From contig CAYUDM010000008.1 of the NCBI GenBank assembly GCA_964443625.1, positions 4,550 to 68,549 on the forward strand: DNA of 64,000 nt, read 5' to 3'. The notes beneath the pieces are model-generated. The model was not told the DNA's origin. It ran no database searches and saw nothing but the letters and a program-made list of their open reading frames with translations. Shown in pieces: positions 28,198 through 38,088 of the stretch. Both the position numbers and the translations under genes were made by a program. The DNA is from an uncultured Smithella sp. (lineage in GTDB: Bacteria; Desulfobacterota; Syntrophia; Syntrophales; Smithellaceae). The stretch's first letter is position 1; every line of letters begins with the position of its first letter.

Positions 28198-28992
28198 TCA
28201 GGGACGCAGCCGTGCCGTTAAATCCCGAATCTGGGCCAGTTGGTCGCTGATGGTTTTTCGAAGCGCCTGATTTTCCAGCGCCATGCCCGCTTCCCCCAGC
28301 ATAATGGACAGCACCCGCTCATCCTCGCGGGTAAAAACGCTTCCGTCTTGCTTGTTGGCCAGGTTCAAAACGGCAAGCACTTTGCGGTTGTTGCAGATGG
28401 GAAGGCTGATGAATGAAGGCGAACCGTATTTGGGATCGTTGGTTTTCATCGTGCGCGGATCGTGTTCGATATCCGTCACGACGAGCGATTTTCCGGTTTC
28501 AATCACTGTTCTTACAAAGGAGTGACGGCAAGATCTCCCGTCGTTGTTTTTCAAAACCAACTCCGGCCTGGCCGCGACAAACCGCAGGCCTTCCGGTTCG
28601 GTGGAATCGACGGCGAACACGGATCCGTTTTTAACTCCAACCGCCTGCATGGCCTGATCCAACACACTCCGGTAGAGGGCTTCCGCATCTGCGGCCTTGT
28701 GCACATGATCCGCCATGTCCCGGATCAAATCCATTTCCCTTTCACGCCGGCGCAGATCCTGTGACCGTTGCGCGGCCTCGCAAGCCGCTTTTTTACGGGC
28801 CAGACGATAAAGATAAATCATCCCCGCCGGAAGAGCGATATACAAAATCAACGCCACCACCCAAAAGACAGGCTGACTTTCGCCCGATATTCGGTCCATC
28901 GGACGAACACCCGCCGCCCAGGCCAATACGGGAACGAAGGCCGTCAGCACAGCCAACACGATAAATCCTGCACCGGAGTTGTTTTTGTCCAT
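28198..28992 (-). CDS. membrane-anchored GAF domain protein with no output domain
   Basis: Two hydrophobic N-terminal segments, then a GAF (SFISLPI, VLAVLNLANK, FTREDERVL). Confidence 0.75.
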   Translation of the reverse strand: MDKNNSGAGFIVLAVLTAFVPVLAWAAGVRPMDRISGESQPVFWVVALILYIALPAGMIYLYRLARKKAACEAAQRSQDLRRREREMDLIRDMADHVHKAADAEALYRSVLDQAMQAVGVKNGSVFAVDSTEPEGLRFVAARPELVLKNNDGRSCRHSFVRTVIETGKSLVVTDIEHDPRTMKTNDPKYGSPSFISLPICNNRKVLAVLNLANKQDGSVFTREDERVLSIMLGEAGMALENQALRKTISDQLAQIRDLTARLRP

Positions 28993-29203
28993 AAAAGCTC
29001 CCCCATGGAAGTGTCAAATGAGCTGCGCGAATCTGAACTCAATAAAATAAACGCTTTATGTCGTTGTAGTGGTCGTCCGAACAATGGTGGCGTCTTCTAT
29101 AATGAGGAATGATTTTTTTCAAGATGAATTTTAAAGCCCGACCCGCGCCTGTTTTAATGCGTTTCGTCTCACCCGCCAGCCGGCGGGCATCGGACTTTAT
29201 CGT

Positions 29204-31195
29204 TTAGCTATTTTCCGTTTTCTCCTCGAGGGCCTGCCTGGCCTCTTCTTTCGTCTGGAAAATATGCGGCGCCAGACGACGTCTTTTGAGCTCATCGCCC
29301 AGCTTCATGCGCAAGAAAGCGCTGGTCGTGTAGCGGGTCACATCACTGTAATATTTTGACACAACGTATTTGACCATCTTGATGTAGTCATCTTCCAACT
29401 CGGGCGCAAGAGAGAAATTATCGTAGTTGACGATGGTTTTGACGCGCTTGCCCAGCGGTGTGCAGATTTCACCGACGCGCGCGCGGATCTCCTCAATATC
29501 CTCCTTGCTGCGGACGTTGAGACCTTCGAAGTTGACATAGAAGATATTGGTCGCAGGATCATAGCTCAGGCGCTGACTGATCGGAATACTCAAAAGGTCG
29601 TCCTTGAGCCCCATTAGAACGTTCTTGAAAATCCTCGAATCCATCAACCGCAGATGCCGAATGACGGGTTTGAATTCCATCTGTTGGAGAACATCCTTTT
29701 CCAGATCGATGCCGGGCGCGATTTCAATGAGTTCCACGCCCTCCCGGGTCAATTCAAAGACACAGCGCTCCGTCACATAGTAAACTTTCTGCGACCCGCT
29801 TTGCGCGACTTTTCCGCTGAAGGTGATCTGCTCGACGTCGCGGACGATTTTTTTGAGACTGCCCTCCCGCACGATCCGAAGCTGTCCGTCTTCGAAGACC
29901 AGCTCGGTTCCGGAGGCGGTGAAGGTTCCGGCGAAGACAATCTTTCTGGCATTTTGCGAAATATCGATGAATCCGCCGCAGCCGGCAAGCTTCGGGCCGA
30001 AGCGACTGACGTTGACGTTGCCGTGCGAATCCATCTGGGCCATGCCCAGACACGCCAGGTCCAATCCTCCGCCGTCGTAGAAATCAAACTGCTGATGCAT
30101 GCTGATGAGGCAGTCCATATTCGTGGCTGTGCCGAAATTCAGACCGCCCGATGGAATACCGCCGATGGTGCCCGCCTCCGCGGTCAGCGTGATGTAATCA
30201 AAGACGCCTTCTTCATTGGCGACGTTGGCCAACCCTTCGGGCATCCCGATGCCGAGGTTGACCACCATGTTGGGGCTCAGTTCAAAAGCCGCCCGCCGTG
30301 CGATGATTTTTCGCTCGTCGAGCGGCAAAGCCTCGACCGTTGCCGTGGGAATCTTGAATTCTCCGCTGAAAGCCGGATTGTATGGCGTCGCGAACGTCTG
30401 CCAGTGGTTTTCCGGTTTTGCCACCACAACGCAATCCACTAAAATACCCGGGAGCTTCACCTGCCGGGGATTAAGCGCGTGGCGGTCGGCGATGCGCTCC
30501 ACCTGCACAATGACCAGACCGCCTGAATTTTTCGCCGCCATGGCAAGCGGCAGAATCTCCAGCGTGAGGGGCTCCTTTTCCATGGTGATGTTGCCGTCCA
30601 TGTCCGCGGTGGTCCCGCGCAGAAGCGCAACGTGAATGGGCAGAGTCTTGTAAGCCAGATACTCCTGCTCGTCGAAATGGATGAGCTCCACGAAGTCTTC
30701 CCGGGTTTGGTCATTCACCTTGCCGCCGCCCAGACGCGGATCGACATAGGTGCCCAGCCCCACGGCCGAAATCGTCCGCGGTTGATGCATGGCAATGTCG
30801 CGGTACATGTGGGTGATGACACCCTGCGGAAAATTATAGCACTCGATTTTGCCTGAAAGCGCGAGCTTCTGCAGACCGGGTGCAAGTCCCAGATGACCGG
30901 CTATCACCCGTTTCAGAAGTCCCTCGTGCGCCAGACGGGTCATGCCCCGCTGCCGGCTGTCACCGATGCCGGCGGCAAAAATCAGTGTCAGATTTTTGGG
31001 TTCGCCTGTTTGCAGAAATCGCTCCTCAAGTCCGCAGAGCAATTCTTCGGGAGAATAGCCGACAAATCCGTCAATCGCCACCGTGTCGCCGTCGCGGATC
31101 ACCCGCAGGGCGTCTTCGACAGACACCACTTTTCCGCGTTTCATGCCGGCGCGGATATCCGCGATCACCGGACTGACAATGCTTTTGCCGTTCAT
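29204..31195 (-). CDS. acyl-CoA:acetate/3-ketoacid CoA transferase (YdiF/Pct-like) with a C-terminal extension
   Basis: FAAGIGD, NFPQG, VNLGIGMPE, catalytic E in TAEAG, GGFIDISQ, TERCVF. Confidence 0.92.
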   Translation of the reverse strand: MNGKSIVSPVIADIRAGMKRGKVVSVEDALRVIRDGDTVAIDGFVGYSPEELLCGLEERFLQTGEPKNLTLIFAAGIGDSRQRGMTRLAHEGLLKRVIAGHLGLAPGLQKLALSGKIECYNFPQGVITHMYRDIAMHQPRTISAVGLGTYVDPRLGGGKVNDQTREDFVELIHFDEQEYLAYKTLPIHVALLRGTTADMDGNITMEKEPLTLEILPLAMAAKNSGGLVIVQVERIADRHALNPRQVKLPGILVDCVVVAKPENHWQTFATPYNPAFSGEFKIPTATVEALPLDERKIIARRAAFELSPNMVVNLGIGMPEGLANVANEEGVFDYITLTAEAGTIGGIPSGGLNFGTATNMDCLISMHQQFDFYDGGGLDLACLGMAQMDSHGNVNVSRFGPKLAGCGGFIDISQNARKIVFAGTFTASGTELVFEDGQLRIVREGSLKKIVRDVEQITFSGKVAQSGSQKVYYVTERCVFELTREGVELIEIAPGIDLEKDVLQQMEFKPVIRHLRLMDSRIFKNVLMGLKDDLLSIPISQRLSYDPATNIFYVNFEGLNVRSKEDIEEIRARVGEICTPLGKRVKTIVNYDNFSLAPELEDDYIKMVKYVVSKYYSDVTRYTTSAFLRMKLGDELKRRRLAPHIFQTKEEARQALEEKTENS

Positions 31196-31260
31196 CCTTC
31201 CCTCCCGGTCGCCGATCGTACCGGCGTGATAAAAGTATCCTCTAAAATGGACGATGCGTG

Positions 31261-32022
31261 TCAGCTCGTCATGGTTCCACCGTCCACATAGATCGTATTG
31301 CCTGTGATGTAGTCCGCCGCCGGCGAGGCCAGAAACAGCACCGCCCCGACCACATCATCCGGCTCAGCGATTTTGCCTTTGGGAATCACCTGACAAATCA
31401 TCTTCTCCACGTCGGGATTCGACCAGATGGGCTGGCTGAATTCCGTTCGGGTGAAGCCGGGAGCGACCGCGTTGACATTGATTCCCAGAGAGGCCCATTC
31501 TTTAGCCATACAGCGGGTCAGATGTTTGAGCGCCGCCTTGCTGCATCCGTAGGCGGCCATGCCGGCTTCCGCCTTGTCCGCGCCGACCGTGGTGATGTTG
31601 ATGATCTTGCCGCTTTTTTGTTCGATCATTTTACGCGCGACCAGGCGGCTCAACAGCCAGACGGCGCGAACGTTGGTGCTGAAGCATTTATCCCACCCGT
31701 CTTCACGCAGATCCAGAAGGCTGCGCAGGAAACTGCGGGCGGCGTTGTTGACCAGAATGTCGATCCGCCCGAACTCCCCGACGGCGGCATTGACCAGATT
31801 CTCCAGTTGCGCGGAATCGGTCAGATCGGTCGGGACGGCGAGCGCTTTGCCCCCGGCGGCGCGAATTTCATCCGCTACGGCATCAAGCTGAGCCGACGTC
31901 CGGCTGCATAGAACAATATTCGCTCCAGACGCGGCCAGGCCCAACGCGATAACACGACCGATACCGCGTCCGGCGCCCGTCACCATTGCCGTTTTCCCGG
32001 TAAAATCGAAAAGGTTTCCCAT
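31261..32022 (-). CDS. short-chain dehydrogenase/reductase
   Basis: TGAGRGIG, NNAA, YGCSK, NAVAPG. Confidence 0.92.
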   Translation of the reverse strand: MGNLFDFTGKTAMVTGAGRGIGRVIALGLAASGANIVLCSRTSAQLDAVADEIRAAGGKALAVPTDLTDSAQLENLVNAAVGEFGRIDILVNNAARSFLRSLLDLREDGWDKCFSTNVRAVWLLSRLVARKMIEQKSGKIINITTVGADKAEAGMAAYGCSKAALKHLTRCMAKEWASLGINVNAVAPGFTRTEFSQPIWSNPDVEKMICQVIPKGKIAEPDDVVGAVLFLASPAADYITGNTIYVDGGTMTS

Positions 32023-32227
32023 GATTTCAGCCTCCCAGAATATTTTGACATCTTGTTGAATGACGTTCTTTTATAATCTTTTGAAAAGACCTTTGCAAGC
32101 GGTGAATGACGCGACGCTCCTCCCTATGATTGCACAAATGACGGCAATGGAGTATGATGCCTTTCACCGACGTCGCATCAACGTCCGGAACAACGAGCCG
32201 TTGCAACCGGTTCCCCGGTCAATATAG

Positions 32228-34387
32228 ATGAAGGAGTCTCAAATCGTGTCGAACAAACATCCTCACTTCAAAAAATGGAAAGAAGCCGCCCTGAAAGAAC
32301 TCAAAGGCAGGCCTCTGGAATCCCTCGACTGGGAAACGCCGGAAGGCATTCGCGTCAAACCGATCTATACGGCTGAAGATCTGGCCGGGCTCGACACCGT
32401 CAACACGCTGTCTGGCCTTGCCCCCTATCTGCGGGGGCCGACGGCCACGATGTACGCCAACCAGCCCTGGACCGTCCGTCAGTACGCAGGCTTTGCCACA
32501 GCCAAGGAATCCAATGAGTTCTACCGCAAAAATCTGGCGGCGGGACAAACCGGCCTGTCGGTGGCCTTTGATCTGGCCACGCACCGGGGATATGACTCCG
32601 ACCATCCCCGCGTGGCGGGCGACGTAGGCAAGGCAGGCGTCGCCATCGACTCCGTCGAGGACATGAAAATTCTGTTTGACAAGATTCCACTGGACAAGGT
32701 TTCCGTTTCCATGACGATGAACGGGGCGGTTCTTCCGGTGCTGGCAGGCTACATTGTCGCCGCCGAGGAACAGGGAGTCACGCAAAAACAACTGGCCGGC
32801 ACGATTCAAAACGACATCCTCAAAGAATTTCTCACCCGCAACACCTATATATACCCCCCTCGCCCCTCCATGCGGATCGTCTCGGACATCATCGCCTACT
32901 GTTCGCAATCCATGCCGCGTTACAACACCGTCTCCATCAGCGGCTATCACATCATGGAAGCGGGCGCCGATTCCGTTTTGCAAGTCGCCTTTACACTGGC
33001 CGACGGCCGGGAATACATTCGCGCCGCCATCGACGGCGGCCTCAAGATCGACGACTTCGCGCCACGTCTGTCTTTTTTCTTCGGCGTGGGCATGAATTTT
33101 TTTATGGAAATCGCCATGCTGCGGGCGGCACGCTACCTGTGGAACGACATCGTAAGCGAATTCAAACCGGAAAATCCGCGCTCTTCGGTGCTGCGCACGC
33201 ACGTGCAAACCTCCGGTTGGAGCCTCACGGCACAGGACCCTTACAATAACATCATCCGCACGACGCTTGAAGCCCTGGCCGCCGCGCTCGGAGGGACCCA
33301 GTCGCTGCATACCAATTCCTTCGATGAAGCGGTGAGTCTTCCCACGCAGCTTTCAGCCCGGATCGCGCGCAACACGCAGATCATTCTGCAGGAGGAATCC
33401 CAGATCTGCCACGTGGTCGATCCTCTGGGCGGCTCCTACTATATCGAATCGCTGACCGCCTCGATCATCCGCGAAGCAAAAAAGATCATCGACGAAATCG
33501 AGGAACTGGGCGGCATGGCGCGCGCGATCGAAACGGGCATGCCGAAACTTCGTATTGAAGAATCCGCCGCGCGCCGTCAGGCCCGCATCGACCACGGAAA
33601 AGATGTCATCGTCGGCGTCAACAAATATAAAGTCAAAGAGGAAACGCCTATCGACGTGCTGGAGGTTTCCGCCTCCGTGCGCGACGAACAAATCGCGCGC
33701 CTCAAAGACATTCGGGGCAAACGTGACAATGCGGCCGTGCGTCAGGCGCTTTCGAAATTGACGCTCACCGCCGAAAAAGGCGGAAATCTTCTGGAAGCGA
33801 CCATCGCGGCCGTCCGGCTGCGCGCCACGGTGGGAGAAGTGTCCGACGCGCTGGAAAAGGTCTTCGGCCGTTACGCCGCCACGACGCAGATGATTTCGGG
33901 GGCCTATGCCTCGGAATACGGCGAGGACGAAGTCATCGCGGCCTTGCGCAAACGCATCGGAGAATTCATTAATAAAACCGGCCGACGTCCGCGCATGATG
34001 GTCACCAAGATGGGCCAGGACGGCCATGACCGGGGCATCAAAGTCGTCGCGACCGCTTATGCCGACTTGGGTTTTGACGTGGATATCAGCCCGATGTTTC
34101 AAACACCGGAAGAAGCGGCGAAAATGGCCATCGAAAACGACGTGCATCTTGTCGGCGCCTCGAGTCTCGCGGCGGGGCACAAAACGCTCATCCCCGAACT
34201 GATCAGCAAACTCAAGGTCATGGGTGGAGAAGACATTCTGGTCATCGCAGGCGGCGTTATTCCACCCGCCGACTACGACTTTTTGTATTCCCGCGGTGTC
34301 AAAGGCATCTTCGGCCCCGGCACGGCCATCACCGACTCGGCGGATCAGGTCTTGCAACTGCTCGAAGAAAAGTATCTCAAAGCGTGA
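32228..34387 (+). CDS. scpA: methylmalonyl-CoA mutase (single-chain, B12-binding)
   Basis: [10 protein letters not shown] (specificity Tyr), [21 protein letters not shown]12 motif. Confidence 0.97.
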   Translation: MKESQIVSNKHPHFKKWKEAALKELKGRPLESLDWETPEGIRVKPIYTAEDLAGLDTVNTLSGLAPYLRGPTATMYANQPWTVRQYAGFATAKESNEFYRKNLAAGQTGLSVAFDLATHRGYDSDHPRVAGDVGKAGVAIDSVEDMKILFDKIPLDKVSVSMTMNGAVLPVLAGYIVAAEEQGVTQKQLAGTIQNDILKEFLTRNTYIYPPRPSMRIVSDIIAYCSQSMPRYNTVSISGYHIMEAGADSVLQVAFTLADGREYIRAAIDGGLKIDDFAPRLSFFFGVGMNFFMEIAMLRAARYLWNDIVSEFKPENPRSSVLRTHVQTSGWSLTAQDPYNNIIRTTLEALAAALGGTQSLHTNSFDEAVSLPTQLSARIARNTQIILQEESQICHVVDPLGGSYYIESLTASIIREAKKIIDEIEELGGMARAIETGMPKLRIEESAARRQARIDHGKDVIVGVNKYKVKEETPIDVLEVSASVRDEQIARLKDIRGKRDNAAVRQALSKLTLTAEKGGNLLEATIAAVRLRATVGEVSDALEKVFGRYAATTQMISGAYASEYGEDEVIAALRKRIGEFINKTGRRPRMMVTKMGQDGHDRGIKVVATAYADLGFDVDISPMFQTPEEAAKMAIENDVHLVGASSLAAGHKTLIPELISKLKVMGGEDILVIAGGVIPPADYDFLYSRGVKGIFGPGTAITDSADQVLQLLEEKYLKA

Positions 34388-34453
34388 TTCCGGTCCGACC
34401 GGAATGGACCTTCTTAAGTTTTGCGGCGCCAACAACACAACGGAGCCAGGCCT

Positions 34454-35440
34454 ATGGAGAAATTTAAAATCCGGGATTACATTCAAGGCGTTTTGGAAAA
34501 AGATCGACGAATGCTTGCCAAAACCATCACGCTTCTCGAAAGTTCGCTGCCGGAAGACCAGGAGTGGTCGCGTCGGATTCTCGACGAGCTGATGCCGCAC
34601 ACCGGCCGGGCGCTGCGCGTGGGCATCACAGGCCTTCCGGGCGCGGGCAAAAGCACGTTTATTGAAAGTTTCGGCACGCTTTTGACACAAAAAGATCGGC
34701 GTGTCGCGGTCCTGGCGGTTGATCCCAGTTCTCCGAAAACCGGCGGATCCATCCTGGCCGATAAAACCCGGATGGAAAAACTCGCCGTGAACGACCGGGC
34801 TTTTATTCGTCCGTCGCCTTCCGGCAAGACGCTGGGCGGCGTCGCCCGCAAGACCCGTGAAACCATGCTGGTGTGCGAGGCGGCCGGTTTTGACGTCGTC
34901 ATGATCGAAACTGTCGGCGTCGGCCAGTCTGAAGTGGCGGTGGCCTCGATGGTCGATTTTTTCATGGTGCTGATGATCGCGGGCGGCGGCGACGAACTTC
35001 AGGGCATTAAAAAAGGCGTTCTGGAGCTGGCCGATCTAGTCGCCGTCAACAAGGCCGACGGGGACAACGTTGAACGGGCCAAACAGGCGCAGAGGCAGTA
35101 TGAGATGGCGTTTCATCTTTTGAGTTCGCCCTCGCGCAACTGGACGCCGCCGGTCGTCACCTGCAGTTCCATCACGGGCGCCGGTCTTGAAAACATTCTA
35201 AACAATATTCATGAGCATAGAGAAAAACTGACGATCAGCGGTGAATTTCAAAAAAAACGTCAGGAACAAAACAAAGAGTGGTTCCGTTTTCTGGTGCGTG
35301 AAGGCGTCCAGGAATGGTTTTACGCAAGTTCCGCGGGCGCCATGATGCCGGAGTTGATTGAAGCGGTCGGAAACGGCGCCATGACGCCGACCACAGCCGC
35401 GTTAAAAATTCTCGAACGGCTCAAAGGCAGCACCTTTTAA
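34454..35440 (+). CDS. meaB: methylmalonyl-CoA mutase-associated GTPase
   Basis: GITGLPGAGKST, AVDPSS, GDKTRM-like ADKTRM, ETVGVGQSE, NKADG. Confidence 0.96.
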   Translation: MEKFKIRDYIQGVLEKDRRMLAKTITLLESSLPEDQEWSRRILDELMPHTGRALRVGITGLPGAGKSTFIESFGTLLTQKDRRVAVLAVDPSSPKTGGSILADKTRMEKLAVNDRAFIRPSPSGKTLGGVARKTRETMLVCEAAGFDVVMIETVGVGQSEVAVASMVDFFMVLMIAGGGDELQGIKKGVLELADLVAVNKADGDNVERAKQAQRQYEMAFHLLSSPSRNWTPPVVTCSSITGAGLENILNNIHEHREKLTISGEFQKKRQEQNKEWFRFLVREGVQEWFYASSAGAMMPELIEAVGNGAMTPTTAALKILERLKGSTF

Positions 35441-35452
35441 AAACCGGCAGGC

Positions 35453-35511
35453 GTTAGGTGTCAGGTGTGAGGAACTTGAAACTTAAAACTTGAAACCTGA
35501 AACCTAAAACA
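35453..35511. repeat. heptamer arrays in opposed orientation
   Basis: gttaggt gtcaggt gtgagga followed by acttgaa acttaaa acttgaa acctgaa acctaaa. Confidence 0.65.
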
Positions 35512-35525
35512 TAAAGAGGTCTTCC

Positions 35526-35927
35526 ATGAAAATTTTAAAAGTGGATCATATCGGCATCGCAGTCAGAAGTCTGGCCGAAAGCGCGAAACTCTACGAGCTT
35601 CTGGGAATCGAACCGGCCGGCACGGAGGACGTGACGGAGCAAAAGGTGAAGGTCGCCTTCTATCCGCTGGGCGACACGGAAATCGAACTTCTGGAATCGA
35701 CATCGCCCGACGGACCCATCGCCCGGTATATTGAAAAAAACGGCGAAGGCCTTCAGCATCTGGCGCTGCGCGTGGATAATCTGGAAGAGGCGCTTGCCGA
35801 ACTGAAAGCCAAAGGCGTGCGCCTGATCGACGAAAAACCACGCTACGGCGCGGGCGGCGCGAAGATCGCCTTTGTCCACCCTAAATCCACCGGAGGCATT
35901 CTGCTTGAATTAAGCGAGAGAACCTAA
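35526..35927 (+). CDS. mce: methylmalonyl-CoA epimerase
   Basis: [38 protein letters not shown]; follows scpA-meaB. Confidence 0.95.
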   Translation: MKILKVDHIGIAVRSLAESAKLYELLGIEPAGTEDVTEQKVKVAFYPLGDTEIELLESTSPDGPIARYIEKNGEGLQHLALRVDNLEEALAELKAKGVRLIDEKPRYGAGGAKIAFVHPKSTGGILLELSERT

Positions 35928-36037
35928 CGCGAAGCGCATCGTCTGCGGCTTTTGCCGGGCCGCCACAGGAATTCGTGGCGGCGCGTTTTTCTTTTGCAGA
36001 CGATCAGGACGAGCCGAAGCTCCAGTTTGCAAAATTT

Positions 36038-36658
36038 TCAGTTGCGCAAACTATCGAGAAAACGTTCCACCGCCTCGAGGTAGAGCGATTTATACTCATC
36101 CTTGACCAAAATAGTCTTTTCCAATTTTTTAAGATGGATGATGCCGTTGAAGGCGCTCCATAGAATGATGGCCTGTCTGCGGGGATCCAGCGGTTTAAAG
36201 ATCCCGGCGTCAATTCCTTCGCGTATCGCCGAGGCGAGTGTATAGATACTGGCATTGCCCTGTTCATCGATTTTCAGTTTCAAATCAGGTGAAAAGACGG
36301 TCCCGGGAGACGTCAGAAAATAGTTGATGATATCGTAATAATTTTTATGCTCCTCACTGAAGCGCAGATAGGCCCCCGCAATCGACCGTATTTTTTCATC
36401 CGGCGAACATTCGGGGCGGATGGACGCACTGATGCTTTGACGCAGCAGATCCAGCCCTTCGAGTTGAAGGGCGGCAAAAAGCTCTTCCTTGTCCTTAAAG
36501 TAAAAATAGATCGCCCCGACACTCAATTCGGAATGCTTGGCGATCTGATTGATGGACGTTGCGGCCAGACCTTTTTCCAGAAGTAGTTTTCTGGCCGTGT
36601 CGAGGATGTGTTCCTTGCGTTGCTCTTTTTCTCTTTCCCTTCGCTCCTTGGCACCCAT
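36038..36658 (-). CDS. TetR/AcrR family transcriptional regulator
   Basis: HTH TSINQIAKHSELSVGAIYFYFKDKEELF. Confidence 0.93.
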   Translation of the reverse strand: MGAKERREREKEQRKEHILDTARKLLLEKGLAATSINQIAKHSELSVGAIYFYFKDKEELFAALQLEGLDLLRQSISASIRPECSPDEKIRSIAGAYLRFSEEHKNYYDIINYFLTSPGTVFSPDLKLKIDEQGNASIYTLASAIREGIDAGIFKPLDPRRQAIILWSAFNGIIHLKKLEKTILVKDEYKSLYLEAVERFLDSLRN

Positions 36659-36752
36659 AATTCTTTACATTCCCTCAGTATCGTGATCTTCGTGATTAAA
36701 AGTTTTTGTTCCCTACCACCCAAAACCGATTAAATCAAAAAAAATATACCCT

Positions 36753-37028
36753 TCAGCGCACAGTCATCCGGTCCGGCCCTCCGTTTTGGGAAGACTCCCT
36801 GATGACGCGAACATCAAACCACGGTTTCTGCCGCTTTAAGGGACACAAGGCCGCCTTACAAAAACGGATCGGGTCCTCGGGAGGCGCTTTGATGTATTGA
36901 AAAGGCGCCTCCCGATTTTTCAAAAGCCAGGCTTCGGCTTCTGTGCGCGAATTGACGAAGCCGGCCGAATACGTTGTTCTGCCGCGGCAGTGAACAAAGC
37001 CGTATATGAGTTCATAGCGCTCACACAT
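36753..37028 (-). CDS. hypothetical protein (91 aa, 4 Cys)
   Basis: Fills the gap 12 nt after the Zn-dehydrogenase stop, on the same strand; no family recognised. Confidence 0.55.
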   Translation of the reverse strand: MCERYELIYGFVHCRGRTTYSAGFVNSRTEAEAWLLKNREAPFQYIKAPPEDPIRFCKAALCPLKRQKPWFDVRVIRESSQNGGPDRMTVR

Positions 37029-37040
37029 TCCAGCCCAACC

Positions 37041-38063
37041 CTAAAACTCCTCACCGATTTGCAAAAGCACCTTCACGGCCAGACCGGCATCGATTCTCTC
37101 CTTGTAAACAACCGGCAGACGCGACAGCGGTTCATAATCGGAGATGAGCGGCCTCGCGTCAATTTTCCCTTCGGCCATCCACTGCAGACACTGAATGTTC
37201 TCCGCATGTGTGTTGGAGTTCGATGCCGTCAGATGGATTTCCTTGAGATTGACCAAAAAAGGCGCGTCAATCGTCAGCGGCGTAAAAATCATACTGACGA
37301 TGCAGACTTCTCCGCCGTCAGCAGATAAAAGTATTGCGCGATTGATATTGTCCTTCACACCGGAACATTCAAAGATCTTCCGAAATCCTCCCGGAACAAG
37401 GGCCATCGCCTGCTCGTCCGCATCTTTTTCCAAGGGATTCAATACGTAATCCGCGCCATAGCGCAAAGCAATGTCCCGTTTGGCGGCTATCGGCTCGTAT
37501 AAAACGACCGGTCCGTATCCGAGAATTTTAAGGATGCGCACCGCGCACAGCCCGATCGGTCCGCCGCCCATCACCAGCACGGAACCCTGCGCGTCGCTTG
37601 TACAATTGATACCATGCAGTGCCGCGGCAAATGTCTCCGCGAGCGCCGCGTTTCGCGAATCGACGCCCGCGGGAATCTCGATGAGCATTTGGGGAAAAAC
37701 TTTGACGTATTCCGCAAAGCCGCCCGGCAAATCTCCGATGCCTGTGGTGCGCCGGTGAACACGGCAAAGCTGCTGCCTACCGTTTTTACAGTTCACGCAC
37801 TTCCCGCAGTAGGTGGGACGGATGCAAACCCTTGTCCCCACCGGCGGCCCGCCGGCCTTTGCGCCTTTTTCGACGATGCCGGCGCTGATTTCGTGCCCGA
37901 GGATGTAGCCCTCGGCCAGATGACCGCCCGCCACCAGAGAATGATCGGATCCGCAGAATCCCGTATTGGCGACTTTCACCAGGACTTCGTCTTCGGCTAC
38001 CGAATAGTCGGGGACGTCTTCATAAACCAATCCACTCTCTTTTCGAAACACAACAGCTTTCAT
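37041..38063 (-). CDS. Zn-dependent alcohol/polyol dehydrogenase (MDR)
   Basis: GFCGSDH, GHE, structural Zn site CGKCVNC...C, GGGPIG. Confidence 0.93.
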   Translation of the reverse strand: MKAVVFRKESGLVYEDVPDYSVAEDEVLVKVANTGFCGSDHSLVAGGHLAEGYILGHEISAGIVEKGAKAGGPPVGTRVCIRPTYCGKCVNCKNGRQQLCRVHRRTTGIGDLPGGFAEYVKVFPQMLIEIPAGVDSRNAALAETFAAALHGINCTSDAQGSVLVMGGGPIGLCAVRILKILGYGPVVLYEPIAAKRDIALRYGADYVLNPLEKDADEQAMALVPGGFRKIFECSGVKDNINRAILLSADGGEVCIVSMIFTPLTIDAPFLVNLKEIHLTASNSNTHAENIQCLQWMAEGKIDARPLISDYEPLSRLPVVYKERIDAGLAVKVLLQIGEEF

Positions 38064-38088
38064 CGTCTCCTCACCTTGTACCTTCTTT

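Noticed and set aside
32045-32077. TTGACA and TATAAT as one sigma70 promoter for scpA
   Set aside because: The spacer is 21 nt, too long for a single promoter.
32023-32227. Cobalamin riboswitch upstream of the mutase
   Set aside because: No recognisable B12-box or GGGAA/GCCACUG elements.
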